64,000 bases of DNA, from the NCBI GenBank assembly GCA_951406725.2, contig OX597824.1, positions 32,302,001-32,366,000 of the forward strand, given 5' to 3'. A program made the translations under genes and the position numbers. The stretch is from Octopus vulgaris (taxonomy: Eukaryota). The notes under the pieces were generated by a model. It had not been told where the DNA came from. It ran no database searches and was given only the letters and a program-made list of their open reading frames with translations. Positions within the stretch are counted from its first letter, which is position 1. Each line of letters begins with the position of its first letter. Positions 24,301-37,637 of this stretch are shown piece by piece.

Positions 24301-25262
24301 TATCTATGCAGTCTTCCAAGAAATCTCTATGTAAATAATAATAATTTAAGATCTCAAATAGAGAAAGGAAAAAAAAAGAAGGAATATACTGGTAGAAAAA
24401 AATCCCAGAAAACATGCAATAAGTTAGGAAAAAAAAAATCAATTTTTAAAATCTTTATTTTTGTTTTTCATTCTTGGAAGGGACAAAGCTGGACCTGGGA
24501 ACTTCCAAACTGGGTTCTGAAGTCCTCCGTTTCAAACTTCATAAATGGAAAATCAGGGTAAAAGTTATAAATATCAAATTATAGCAATATTTCCATTTTT
24601 ATGGACTTTTTTTTTATTTTCCATATAGTTCAAAAAATACTTATAAAAATCTATCATAAGAAAATTTGGTGGGTTTCATTTTTTTCTTGTTTTACGACAA
24701 TATTTCATTTCTTTTGATTTATATCTGTATTGACATGTGCACAAATTTGTTTTGTTTAATTTAAGAAAAGAGTAAGGTCCTCCAAGAGAGGACCAAAACC
24801 TCAAAGAAATTTGCAATTAAGAGGGGGTGGGGGTTTGAATCAAGAAGAATCAAAATGGTTAGGTATTGTTATCAAACACAAAGATTAAAATACATGTATA
24901 TATTTGCATTTCTTTTTAAAGGTATGTTTGGCCACAGTTCTGCTTCGTAGTCTCCATGATGAACAACTGGAGACAGGAGAATCCACACGTACATTTAAAG
25001 CTACTTCCCGAACACAAGATCTCATATATTCAAACACAAATACACACAAACTGACAGAGGCAGCTCTGAAATGTTCTAATCGTGGATACAGCTGTTGTAA
25101 TTCGGTTTCAGAAATCTGTTGTGAAAATACTTTTATATTTGTCCTATAAAATTCTGATGGTATCTGTAAGTCTGTGGTCCATCATTCGGGTAAGAACATT
25201 TCTCGACCTGTAGTTGATCAACTACCTAACATCAATCACAGTTAAATGGATCAGCTCTGTTT

Positions 25263-25361
25263 TCAGCTAGAAGCTTCATCTTCATACTGTTTCCTAAAGC
25301 AATCACCAACTGGGAAAAAGTCCCAGCAGCGCTGTTGATACATTTCCCAAACATAGGTTTC
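25263..25361 (-). CDS. RyR: RyR terminal coding exon ([32 protein letters not shown])
   Basis: cag acceptor, TGA at 25263-25265; the 3' UTR continues to lower coordinates and its end is not determined. Confidence 0.96.
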   Translation of the reverse strand, partial: ETYVWEMYQQRCWDFFPVGDCFRKQYEDEASS

Positions 25362-26670
25362 CTGGAACATAACAAAACAATTGATATCATAATTTGTTAA
25401 GACAAATAATTATAACAATACAAAATGTGGAAATATTTAAAATATTGTGTTGATGTTATCTATCCCCTAATAAACTCTGGCAGAGAAGACATTCAAGCCT
25501 CGATCATCCTATCATTTATTTAGACATAGTGTATCTAGGACTTCATTATCTATAGTGTCCTTCCTTTTTAAGACAACAGGGGTTGATTTAAGGGAGATCT
25601 GGCTGCTATTTCTTGCAGATCATTGGAACACATAGAGGTTTTCTTTTTAACTTTTTAGAATATAATAATTTACATGAAAAACAGATGGCTAATGGTTAGA
25701 GAGATAGAAATGTCATGATTCATAGAATATTTCTTTTTACTATAAGCACAAAGCCTGAAATTTTTGGGGTGGGGATTAATCTATTACATCAAACTCAGTA
25801 CTCAACTGGTATTTATTTTACCAAACCCCAAAGGGTAAGAGGCAAAGTCATTCTTGGTAGAATTTGAACTCAGAACGTGAAGACAGAGGAAATGCTGATA
25901 AGCATTTTGTCCAACACACTAATGATTTTGTCAGCTTGCTGTCGTCTATAATTGAAGAAATATTAATTTCTAACATATGCCCACATTTTTGGGACAATTT
26001 GGTGTAGTCAATTACGTGAGCTCCCCACCACATGACTGGTATTTTATTTGCAGTATTTAAGAAGAATGAAAGACAAAGTTGATATCAGCAGAATTTAAAA
26101 TCAGAATGTAAAGGACCAGAAATTCATAAATACTTTGAGGTATTTCGTAGTGGGCCCCTGGCCTACTATTATCTTAATCCCACTTAATCTACTGAAAGGT
26201 CCCATTGATTCCCTGCTCCACAAATTCTAAACTAGTAAAGATACTGAATGGGTTGTCATTGAAGAAAGGAAATAAATTACTATATTACCATTTACAGTAT
26301 ATGTACTATTGTATAGAACACACACACATATATATAAATAAAAAGGGGTTTGTATGATTGTGTATAGAGGGATATATATTATTCAAAGGAATTCCAACTC
26401 TGTCTGTTTTTTATGTTTTATTTATATTCTTTATAATATTAATGAAGGATATAAAATATGTAGTATAAATATATAGTGTATATAGTGTATATAGTAAAAT
26501 GAAATGAAGTATTGATTGTCTTATTGAATAGATGAAATAGTGAATATGAATATTAAGGGACTCTATACTATATACAGCATACATATTATTTATACTATAT
26601 ATTCTATATTCTACATTAATATTATAAAGAATATAAATAAAACATAAAAACAGAGTTGGAATTCCTTTGA

Positions 26671-26706
<36 letters not shown>

Positions 26707-27128
26707 CTCTTTACTCTTTACTCTTTTACTTGTTTCAGTCATTTGACTGCGGCCATGCTGAAGCACCGCCTTTAATCGAGCAACTCGACCCCGGGACTTA
26801 TTCTTTGTAAGCCCAGTACTTATTCTATCGGTCTCTTTTGCCGAACTGCTAAGTGACGGGGACATAAACACACCAGCATCGGTTGTCAAGCAATGCTAGG
26901 GGGACAAACACAGACACACAAACATACATGCACACATATATATATATATATATATATACATATATACGACGAGCTTCTTTCAGTTTCCGTCTACCAAATC
27001 CACTCACAAGGCTTTGGTTGGCCCGAGGCTATAGTAGAAGACACTTGCCCAAGGTGCCACGCAGTGGGGACTGAACCCGGAACCATGTGGTTCGTAAGCA
27101 AACTGCTTACCACACAGCCACTCCTACG

Positions 27129-27200
<72 letters not shown>

Positions 27201-27858
27201 CTATTTGTGAAGGCAATGTGGCTCAGTGGTTAGGGCATAAAGCTCATGATCATAAGGTCAGGAGTTTGATATTCTCCAGTGGCATGTTGTATCCTTGAGT
27301 TAGACCTGTGTTTCCCAAACTTTTTGTGCCAAATTGCAATATCGCCTACCTGTCGGCCAAAAAATGTTCCATCGCCCACCTGTATGAAAAAAACCCTGAC
27401 ACAACCCTCAAACACAAAATCCCCCAGCTGCCCCCTCAGTATCATTTGATACACACTATATAGTAGACTTGTTGCCCTGTTATTGCCATTGTGTGTGTGT
27501 ATTTATCTGGGTAATAACCATATAACATGCTTTCCAAAGCTTCTATATGGTTATTGGTTACCATATGCCATCATACAGCAGGATTACTACTTTACTACTT
27601 TTACAGGATATACATGTGGAAATCCATTAGTGTATGCAGAATTCATTCAAGCAAAATTATAATACAGGATGGAATGAACAGGCTTTAATCCAAATCATTA
27701 AAATTGCTTCTGTGCATTGGTATCAGCTGGTAATTGCCGAGTGCTTCACATATTACACATATTATTATATAAATATATAACTAACAGCTGATGTTAATAC
27801 ACAGAAAGAATTGTTGTGATTCGGATTAAAGCCTGTTCATTCCATCTTTTTGCATTAT

Positions 27859-27893
<35 letters not shown>

Positions 27894-27917
27894 CTATCTG
27901 TCTGTCTGTCTGTCTGT

Positions 27918-28009
<92 letters not shown>

Positions 28010-28258
28010 CATTCAAAGCAATGATTAGTAAATTCACGAAACCAGTATGCTTTTGAATCTCTTTAAGAATTCCCAATAATGACTTTTATTACTTTTATTC
28101 CTACCTCAGTTCATCTAATTGTATATATCCATCGTAACTTTTTCATAAAAAGCCTTTACTTTTTTTGATTTCCAATGTGCATTTTCACTTCTTTTTCTTC
28201 TTACTTTCCCCTTACATTTCCATGTGTAGTTTCTATTTTATTTTTGTAACATATTTCT

Positions 28259-28295
<37 letters not shown>

Positions 28296-29103
28296 CAGTG
28301 TCGAGGTGCATGGCTAGGGTCTTGGACTCATGATCATAAGATTGTAGTTATGATTCTTGCACTGAGTGACACATTGTGTTCTTGAGCAAATCACTTCATT
28401 TCACATTGCTCCAGTCCACTCGGCTGGCAAAAATAAGTAACCATGGAAACTGGGAAACCAGTCCTTATGAGTTGGCATGAGTCAGGAAGGTAACCATTAC
28501 CTTTATATACAGGGTGCGGCAGAAGTAACACCCTTTTGTATTTGAGTTTTCTAGTTTCTAACTGAAACAATACTTAACAAGAGCACTCAGAGAGCACAAA
28601 CCTCGGCCAATGCAACACCAATGTCCTCTCAACAATTAGCCACAGATGATTTTTAAAATGGGAATATCTGAAATAGGGTTGACTGTTCTCACAAATAAGA
28701 ATACTAAAAATGAACTCAACCGCTCTCAAAAATTAAGTAAAAAAAAAACAGAAAAAATAATCCAGGGAGAACCAGGAATGATATTTGTGTGTGTGCATGC
28801 ACATGTGTATGAGTCTTAGTGTGTGTGTGTGTGTATGTGTGTGTGTAACAGCTGTAAGACCTTCTATCTATAAATGCTCTAATATCTACACAGCCTTGGT
28901 TTGTTATCTTATTACGCAAAAAATTCTTATATACACATGCTGACATAGAACCAACGTTGAACCCCTTATTCGCAAAATTACCAAATCTGGAACTTAACTA
29001 TGATCTGTCTATAGCACTTATTCAGCATTACCTGACACCTTTGGGTCTCAATGACACCATTATCTCTTATAACCTCAGATTCCTCTCTCTCTCTCTCTCT
29101 CTC

Positions 29104-29164
<61 letters not shown>

Positions 29165-32100
29165 TTATATAGTATCACTATTATTTGTTCTCTGCTTTCA
29201 TGCTGGATGCAAATATAGAGTAGATAAAGTGTGATCAAGTTGAGAAGTAGAGTAACATGTTATAAAAATGGAAAAAGAAAATCTTACTTGTCCAGTGTAC
29301 TCTGTGTCTGGTTTGTTAATAAGATGCATTAAGAAGAACCTGTCAAAAGAAAAAAAATGATTTCTTTTTATAACTGAAAACAGCAAGCATTTGTCGAAAA
29401 TGGCAAACCTGTATAGGCTTGGCAATGTGGGTTGGGGGGGGGAGGCAAATTTGAGGGGTACCCTGGGTGATACACACTCTAGCTATGCCACTGACAGAAA
29501 GGATCAAGAAAAGTGTTTAAAATGAAGCCTGGAGATGGGTGTGGTTGCAATATATATTTCTTTACTATCCACAATGGGCTAAACACAGAGGGGACAAACA
29601 AAGACAGACAAATGGATTAAGTCGATTGCATCGACCCCAGTGCATAACTGGTACTCATTTAATCAACCCTGAAAGGATGAAAGGCAAAGTCGACCTCGGC
29701 GGAATTTGAACTCAGAATGTGGCGACAGACAAAATACTGCTAAGCATTTCGCCTGGCGTGCTAACGTTTCTGCCAGCTCACCGCCCTTGCGTGGTTGCAA
29801 TATAGATTATAAGAGATGAGTTTGCTAGATGGACCTGACTGGAATCAGTATGAGAGCTGCCAACACCAATTAACAAAAGTCCCTATAGTAGTGGGAGAAG
29901 AGGTAGAACAAGAGAGACAATACATCTGCGAGAGGGTGTTAGAATTTGGTAGGTTTCACATCAATTTGTTTGGTGGCCTTTTTTTATGCTGTCTAAGATA
30001 TCTGTGCATGTAAGGTTGCACCATTCCAGGCAAGGCAGCTGTATTTCCTTGTGGAGCTCACAACGTCTTTGTAGAGGTTAAGTAATTTATTTATCCGTTA
30101 GTCAGGTGAGAAGGCAATCTTCTTGAACCCAAGGCTTCTGAGTTTAATGAAAAGAAGGGAAGATGTTCTCAAACAGGAGACCTGGCATGTTTGTTTGCAA
30201 CAGGGGGAATTCTGCTGAAGATACCCTACTTGATGATGGATCAATCCATTAGCATTTACACCAGCCATATCTGGCCAAATATTTAACTGGTTTTATGTTC
30301 AAACTGGCCCAATCTGACCTCTCACACTAACCCTACAATGTCATTCTAAAAATTAATTATTACCTCATGAAAACCTTAAACCTACAAGATAATGCATAAT
30401 TAATTCAAAATAATGTGAATAGATAAGCATCACATTTGACAGAGTAATGTGAATGCTAAAGGATTAAGTCTACCACTTAAGTAGGCTATGGAAGGGATTT
30501 GAACTAAGAATGCAATGTAAAGCATTTGGTTTAATGTTTTCACAATTCCAATAATCTATTGTCCTGGGCTGGTATTGGTTGGAACTGAAGCTTTTTTCTG
30601 GAGCTGAAGTTTAGTGAAATAATCCTTTCTTCTTTTGGCACAAGGCCTGAAACTTTTTGGGGAGTGGGGGCTTGTCAATTATATCAACCCAAGTGCACAA
30701 CTGGTACTTATTTCATCAACCCCAAAAGGATGAAAGGTAAAGTTGACCTTGGCGGAATTTGAACTCAGAAACGTAAGTATGGATGAAATACCACTAAGCA
30801 TTTTGCTCAGCGTGCTAGCAATTCTGTCAGCTCGCCACCTTAGTTTATACAAATAATGACACAAAAATAAAGAAAAATAAAAGTGATCAAAAAAAGATAC
30901 TTACATGTAATTTGCAAAATTATGTTCATTCATTACATGAGTGTCGAAACCATGCGGAACTTTATCAAAGAATTCCTTGCCGATACCACAGATGAAACAT
31001 TTAGACTGAAAATAAAATAAGGATATGATGACTTTCATATTTATTCTAAAAACACTCTGGCAGATTCAAACATAAATATGCTAATCACTGTTGTACCTTG
31101 CTACAGAAGATCGGTTTCTTTTTTGTAATGAATATGTGTTTATAACACTTGATTCATTAGTGCAATGGACTCTGAGATGGCTGGTGTTTCAACATTGTTG
31201 TGTCTCATTAGTCAGAAGCACCCTGGACTAAATTAATCTAATAAGAATTGGAAGCTCTGTTTATGACTTCAGTGGACAAGTTATTTGCTGATCCAAGCAG
31301 CCAACTGATAACTTATCATTCTATGCAGTGAACAGCAAGATTAAAAATGATGACTTGCATATAAAAACAAAACAATGTTGATTTCTAACATAAGTGCTGG
31401 TATAGCTGTGTAGTTAAGAAGTTTGTTTATAAACCATACAATTTCAAATTCAGTTTCACTGTTAGGTGCTCTGGTCAAGTACCTTTTATTGCAGCTTTGG
31501 ATCGAATAATGTCTAATGAATGGAATATCCATGAGTGAGTGTCTCTCTATTTCTGTATACTAGTGTAGAAAGGTGTGTCGAAAGGTAACTTAGTCATTTG
31601 CTAATCAGAGATTGATAAAACATAAGTACTAGTGTGTATGGGTCAATATAAATGTGAATCAGAAAGAAAGGCTAATAGAATTTGCATTACTTTCTGAAAT
31701 GGTTAATACTTCTTTCTATGATATGCACAAGACCAGAAACTTGGGAAGAGGGAGCTTGTTAATAATAATGACCCTCACCAGTGCTCAACTGGTAGTTGTT
31801 TTATCAACTCGAAAATGATGAAAGACAAAGTCAACCTTGCTGGAATTTGAACTCAGAATGTAAAGTCAGAGAAAAAAAAGTTAGGTAGTTTACTAAATTC
31901 TTTCAAATTGTTTTAACTTTTTCAAAATTATTTAACATACATAAAACAGTGTATTTTTGTTTGAAATACAATAATAAAGGAATTAAACAATGAGCATTGA
32001 AATAGCTAAAAGAATGGACTTGTAAGCATGCTATATTTTCTATTTACCTCCATATCTTCTTTTACTTGTTCCAATTGATCTCTCAGTTCTCCGAAAGCGT

Positions 32101-35100
32101 CAATGATCAAACCTGTAGAGGGATAAAAAAAAACAAATTTATGCCAAATTCTTCCTTGCCAAGCAATATTAAATTATATACAAACCTGTTGGAGTGTATG
32201 TGTATTTCTAATTGTTGTTAATATTGTTGCTGTTTAGCCCTAGGCCAATCCTAATTGAGTAAACTTGTGATCAAAGGCATTTTAGCTGTGACCATTCCAT
32301 CTTTTTAAGAGTATTTTGCTGATCGGGAAAGTGGTTTTTTTTATAGCTCAAAGTCAGATTGCAGAAAATACTTGAAATATCTTTGGTAAAAAATTTGAAA
32401 CAAATACCATTCATCAGTGATTGACATAATATCAACCCAATAATTTCTCTGTGTTAATGACTTATTGTATTTACTCATATGTAAGTCACACTGTTTTATA
32501 CTTGATATTAATTGAAAAAATTAGGGTGCATCTTATACATGGGGCAAATGCAGGTGATAAAACTTCTGTACAACAGCAAAAAGCCTTTTTGAGTCAGATG
32601 TGATTTTGGAACAAAAGTTTCTATCATTTTTAGTGCTCATTTTTGAAGCTTCAAGTATTAATGTTAAATCAGGGGAAAAAAATATAAAGGTTGCACATAT
32701 GTCCATGGCAACAGAAGCTTACAATTATTTATGCTAGGAATGCGAGCATTAATAATACAAATAGTTCTCAATGTTATGAGTTAATTTGTTCTTAGTAATT
32801 ACATGTTAATTAAGAACTTGCATGTGCCACTGGCACGGAAGCCAGTTTGTTGCTCTGGCAACGATCACACTCGGATGGTGCTCTTGGCACTCCACTAGCA
32901 CGGATACCAGTCATCGAATTTAATTTCGATTTTGATTTCATTTGCCTCAACAGGTCTTCACAAGTAGAGTTTAGTGTCCAATGAAGGGAAGGTATGCATA
33001 AGTGGGCTGGTTAAACCCCTGGCATAGGCCATGTGGTTATGGTCTCACTTGGCTTGCCGGGTCTTCTCAAGCACAGCATATTTCCAATACATTGAATAAA
33101 AACAACTACAATAGTGCTGAGCTAGGGAGTTTGGGTGGTGGGTGGTGGGTGGATTGCTAGCTCTCACCTAAGCAATTTTGTTTTTGGCTCAGTTGAAAGA
33201 CATATTCATCGATTTGGACATAAAGTTTTGGGCAGTGCACATTGAGTTACTCACTAGTTCTTATTTTTAACTTAGTAGATTCTTGTAAAGCTATAAATTC
33301 ATAAACTGGACACTTGTAAGTGATAACTACATGTAATTCTTTTCATTTAATAGTGATATTTCTAGAAGGAAACCATATTCAAACTATAGTAACATTAGTG
33401 AAGGAATATGCTATGTAGGTATACTATGCTATGTAGGTATAAAAAATGGATAGATGATGGTTGGAGGGATGTCGCTGGTAGGTCTAAAAACATAAAAAGG
33501 GATGGGTGGATGTAGATAATATTACATAAGTAGGAGTAAAAATGGATGAAGGTTTGAATGAATATAGATAACACAATAATATTTTCTCAAATTAGAGAGT
33601 TATTTTAATTGAATTATTTGTAACATACCCTGAATGATAGCCAGCAAAATGACAATGATGAAGAAGAAAAATGTGATATCAAATATAATTCTGTATGCTT
33701 CTGATGGATCTCCATCAGCTGGCTCAATTTCATCCCCTGAAAGAAAAGAGAACAGATAAAATGGATAAAGTAAATTAAGACTGTTAAACAAGTAAATAAA
33801 CAATTTGATTTTGGTTGCATTTATATAGCTTTGCAAATATAGATGACAGCAAGTCAGTCTTCTGTGTTCTTGTAATACCTTATATCTCATCAACAAGACT
33901 TGTATAGGATTCATATAAAATTAAATAAAAAATAATTTTTGTACATATCAAACATTAAAGATACTTTGCAAAAAATAATGGGAAAATATATGTAAATTAG
34001 ATGTAAAAGAGATGTAAATAAAAAGTGAAATAGATGTAAATTAGATGCAAATTTGATGCAAATTAGATATAAATCTGATGTATCATAGATGTAAATTTGA
34101 TATAAATTAGATGTAAGATAATGTAAAATAGATGTAAATTAGATGTAAATTTTATGCAAATTCAGATATAACTAAAAAATTAAAAAATGAAATATTTTTT
34201 ACATAATTTCATATTTCAAATTGGGACTTTGTAAAAATTATCTAAAATTTTTTATTCCAAGATATATTGAGGTTAGAAGTGACTTACCAATTCCCCCTCC
34301 TGCCCTGAGGCCAGTATGTAAATGATAGACAAAACACTGAAAAAAGAAAATAAATTTATAATAAAGAGATTGTTTGAAGAGAAATAAAATAACTGGGGTT
34401 AACAGTTTAGTAAGGAAAACTAGAATATTTTACGTGCTACATTCAATGATTGCTTTTACATTCAGTTTTCTTGTATATCGGATATTTATACAGTTGTAGA
34501 GAAATAAATCTCTTAGATTTTACCCCTAATAAGAAATTGTAAGAATTTCACCATAGGTAATAAAAAAAAAATTACATTATATATTTATCATCATCATCGT
34601 TTAACGTCCGCTTTCCATGCTAGCATGGGTTGGATGATTTGACTGAGGGCTGGCGAACCAGATGGATGCACCAGGCTCCATTCTTGATCTGGCAGAGTTT
34701 CTACAGCTGGATGCCCTTCCTAATGCCAACCACTCCGCAAGTGTAGTGGGTGCTTTTATATGCTACTGGCAGGGGAGCCAGTCAGATGGTACTAGCAACG
34801 ACCTCACTCAAATGCTTTTACACGTGCCACCAGCACAAGTGCCATTAAGGCGACGCTGGTAATGATCACGCTCGAATGGTACCTTTTATCTGCCACCGGC
34901 ACGGAAGCCAGTTAGCTGCTCTGGCAATGATCATGCTCAGATGGTGCTCTTCGCACCCTACTAGCACAGGGTCCAAGTGCCAGTATAAAGACAGTATTGT
35001 ATCTTTTAAGGGCAGTGAAAAATAAATAAGAGATGTTGTTGAGAGTAAATCCAGATGACATTTCATTCATGTGAACTCTTCATATTCTCTCATATTCCTT

Positions 35101-37588
35101 GATTTTAAATTCAAATTTCTGATCCTGCCTCATATTGTTAACCCAACAATACTAATGAGGGACAAACTTCTGGCATAGTGTGGGGAAATTGGCTTGCAGC
35201 TACTTGAATAAAAGAGGTATAGTATGAACAAATATAAAACCAAAATCAAAAGAAAATACATACTGTAGCCATGTCATGGCATTTGTAATCAACTTGACCA
35301 TCCTCTTCTTTGACATAGAACTTCCTGAAGAAGTTAAAGGCTATGACTGTGTAGATATATACAACAATACTTGTCAACATCACAGTAAGCACCAACTGCA
35401 AAAGGAGACAAATAAGCATCATCAGAAATTTTCAACTTCCCAAACAAAATGAAATTTTATCACAAATATTTTGTGAAAGAGAGAATGGACTAAACAGAAC
35501 AAGAGGAGACAACGAGGGATGGGGTATCACTGAGGAGGTCACAGGGTGTCTGACAAAAGATTTCAGACAAAGGACACTAAAATAAGAATAATAATAAAGC
35601 TGAAGTGAAGAACATGTATTGGGTTGTCTGGAGTGTTCGTGCCGATTTATAGTAGCTTATATTTCGACTTATTTTAGAACATGGTTGAGTCCATAAAATA
35701 GGATCTTACTATACCTCCATTTAGAGCACAGTTTAAGCTATCTTTTAGTGGAAGAAGGTTTATGTTCTTATAACCTGTGTTAATTCTGTAACCCTTTAAA
35801 ATGGAAGATAAGAAAGTTCATTTTCAGCACTTGATGCTTTAGGAACCAGACAAAAATTGCTGCAGCTTGGCTGTGATGTGTTATCCCACCCTCCATGTTC
35901 ACCAGATATTGTTCCATTGGATTTCCACTTATTCAGGTCTCTGCAGAATAGTCTTAATGATAAAAATTTCAATTCCTTGGATGACGTAAAAAGATACCTT
36001 GATGAATTCTTTGCCATGAAACCACCTCAATTCTGAGAAGAGGGTATTTTCAAGTTAAAGGAAAGATGGAGATGCATTGTGCAACAAAATTGTTCATATT
36101 TGGTTGATTAAAAATGTAATGGCAAGTATTTATTGACCTTTTTCTTTCCTTTAAAATCAGCACAAACTTTCCGGACAACCCAATATATTGTGTGTGTGTT
36201 TAATTGACAAGAAGTATGACCATCTCCAAATATATATGTTTTGCATTTTAATAATAATTTTCAGTCATATTTTAATTCATGTTTCATAATTTTATACCAA
36301 TTGAAACTTAGAAATTATTCAACCATCATCATTAGAAGTCTTATCAACTTTAATATAGCTATAATGTGTGCTCATGAGTTACCTTTTAGGTTTGTTGCCT
36401 GTGCCCCTATATTTCAATATAACTCATCACTGGCTTATACAGCAGACCCCAAAGTTCCACCATCATAAAAGTGTTGCCCTGTGCTGACTAGCCCCTTGCC
36501 ATCCCCAGCTAAGTAACTGTTTATCAACTGTCCAATTCAAGCTTTAAAAATACTCTTAACATTTTTTTTTTCAAGTACATTCTCAATTTAAATCCTTAAA
36601 TCCTTAAAAATGTTTTAGCCCGAAGGCTGCGGCCATGCTGGGGCACCACCGCTGTGCTGGGGCACTACTCTGTTGTCTAAATAATCTTCACTGTTTTTCT
36701 TAAGATTTTTTATACTCTTTACTCTTTTACTTGTTTCAGTCATTTGACTGTGGCCAAGCTGGAGCGCTGCCTTTAGTCGAGCAAATTAACCCCAGGACTT
36801 ATTCTTTGTAAGCCTAGTACTTATTCTATTGGTCTCTTTTGCCAAACCACTAAGTTACGGGGACGTAAACACACCAGCATCGGTTGTCAAGCGATGTTGG
36901 GGGGGACAAACACATACACACAAATACACACATACATATATATATATATATATACATATATACGACGGGCTTCTTTCAGTTTCTGTCTACCAAATCCACT
37001 CACAAGGCTTTGGTCAGCCCGAGGCTATAGCAGAAGACACTTGCCCATGGTGCCACACAGTGGGACTGAACCCGGAACCATGTGGTTGGTAAGCAAGCTA
37101 CTTATCACACAGTCACTTCTATTGATTTTATTTCATATATGAAATATCTTTCTTTTCTCAACAACTCATGAGCTTGCTTGTGATGCTGCATTGGGAAAAC
37201 ATTTTTAGAATTATTTTTGTTTCTTGTAAGATGTTGCATGAGTATGATTAGTGATAGCTAATTAACAAACTTTATTAATCCTTTCAAATATACAATATGA
37301 ACCCTTTCTTTTACTTTTTTTGCCTTTACTTGTTCAGTTGTTAGACTGTGGTCATGCTGGGGCACTGCTTTGAAGAATTTTTAGCTGAATGACTCACCCC
37401 CAGTGTGTATTTTGCTTTTAAAGTCTGGGACTTATTCTTATTCTATCAGTCACATTTTTCTGAACTGCTAAGTTACAGGGATGTAAACACACCAACACCA
37501 GTTGTCAAGTGGTGCTGGGGGACAAACACAGACACAAAGATGCACAAGCACATATGCACACACACACACACACACACGCACACACACA

Positions 37589-37637
<49 letters not shown>

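Noticed and set aside
23810-24620. RyR polyadenylation site
   Set aside because: Several minus-strand AATAAA candidates in AT-rich DNA; cannot choose among them from sequence alone.
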